A DNA stretch of 64,000 nt from Dendrobates tinctorius (lineage: Eukaryota): contig NW_027361683.1 of NCBI RefSeq assembly GCF_039654945.1, positions 36,270,001-36,334,000 on the forward strand, read 5' to 3'. The position numbers were made by a program, and so were the translations under genes. This document shows positions 63,773 through 64,000 of this stretch, piece by piece. The notes beneath the pieces were generated by a model that saw nothing but the letters and a program-made list of their open reading frames with translations, was not told where the DNA came from and searched no databases. Each line of letters opens with the position of its first letter. Positions within the stretch are counted from its first letter, which is position 1.

Positions 63773-64000
63773 AGGCCCTTTTACATTTAGCGATGCACCA
63801 GCGATCCCGACCAGCGATACGACCCGGCCAGGATCGCTGGTGCATCGCTAAATGATCGCTAGTGAGCTTTCATACAGAAAGATCTCACAGCGATGCAGCA
63901 GCGACGCAGCGCACGATACTCACCTTTCACACACAGCGATCCTGACGTCCTCCCGCCCGCGTCCAGCGTTGCTCGTCTCACACAGCAGGAAGCCCAGCAG
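63773..64000. mobile_element. Harbinger-like MITE running off the window end
   Basis: Nearly identical start to the 60455 copy. Confidence 0.8.

Overview
This is a repeat-dense vertebrate window, most likely from a frog (inferred from its T2-type and Harbinger-type MITEs and L1/L2/Penelope content). No host gene is recognisable; almost everything is nested transposable elements. These are: a near-intact Tc1 element, a decayed Ty3/Gypsy provirus, a full-length L1, a deleted sushi-like LTR element inside a Helitron, hAT relics, L2 fragments, several MITE families and two minisatellites. The main feature is three independent Penelope-like (PLE) insertions that carry hammerhead ribozymes and share one fold-back layout: TSD - inverted copy lacking a 3' tail - sense copy with tail - TSD. 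(i) A non-coding fold-back at 10261-33013, grown to about 23 kb by Gypsy, L1, PLE and MITE insertions. (ii) A Neptune-type PLE at 21852-28660 with one nonsense codon. (iii) A very young 11.8-kb palindromic Neptune-type PLE at 47719-59522 with two intact head-to-head RT/GIY-YIG ORFs and a non-canonical hammerhead core. Comparing the three suggests shared rules: an effective tail offset of about 40-45 nt, 3' ends close to a 3' splice site, snap-back palindromes at inversion junctions, and a competing hairpin over the ribozyme cleavage site. All alignments were done by eye; no searches were run.
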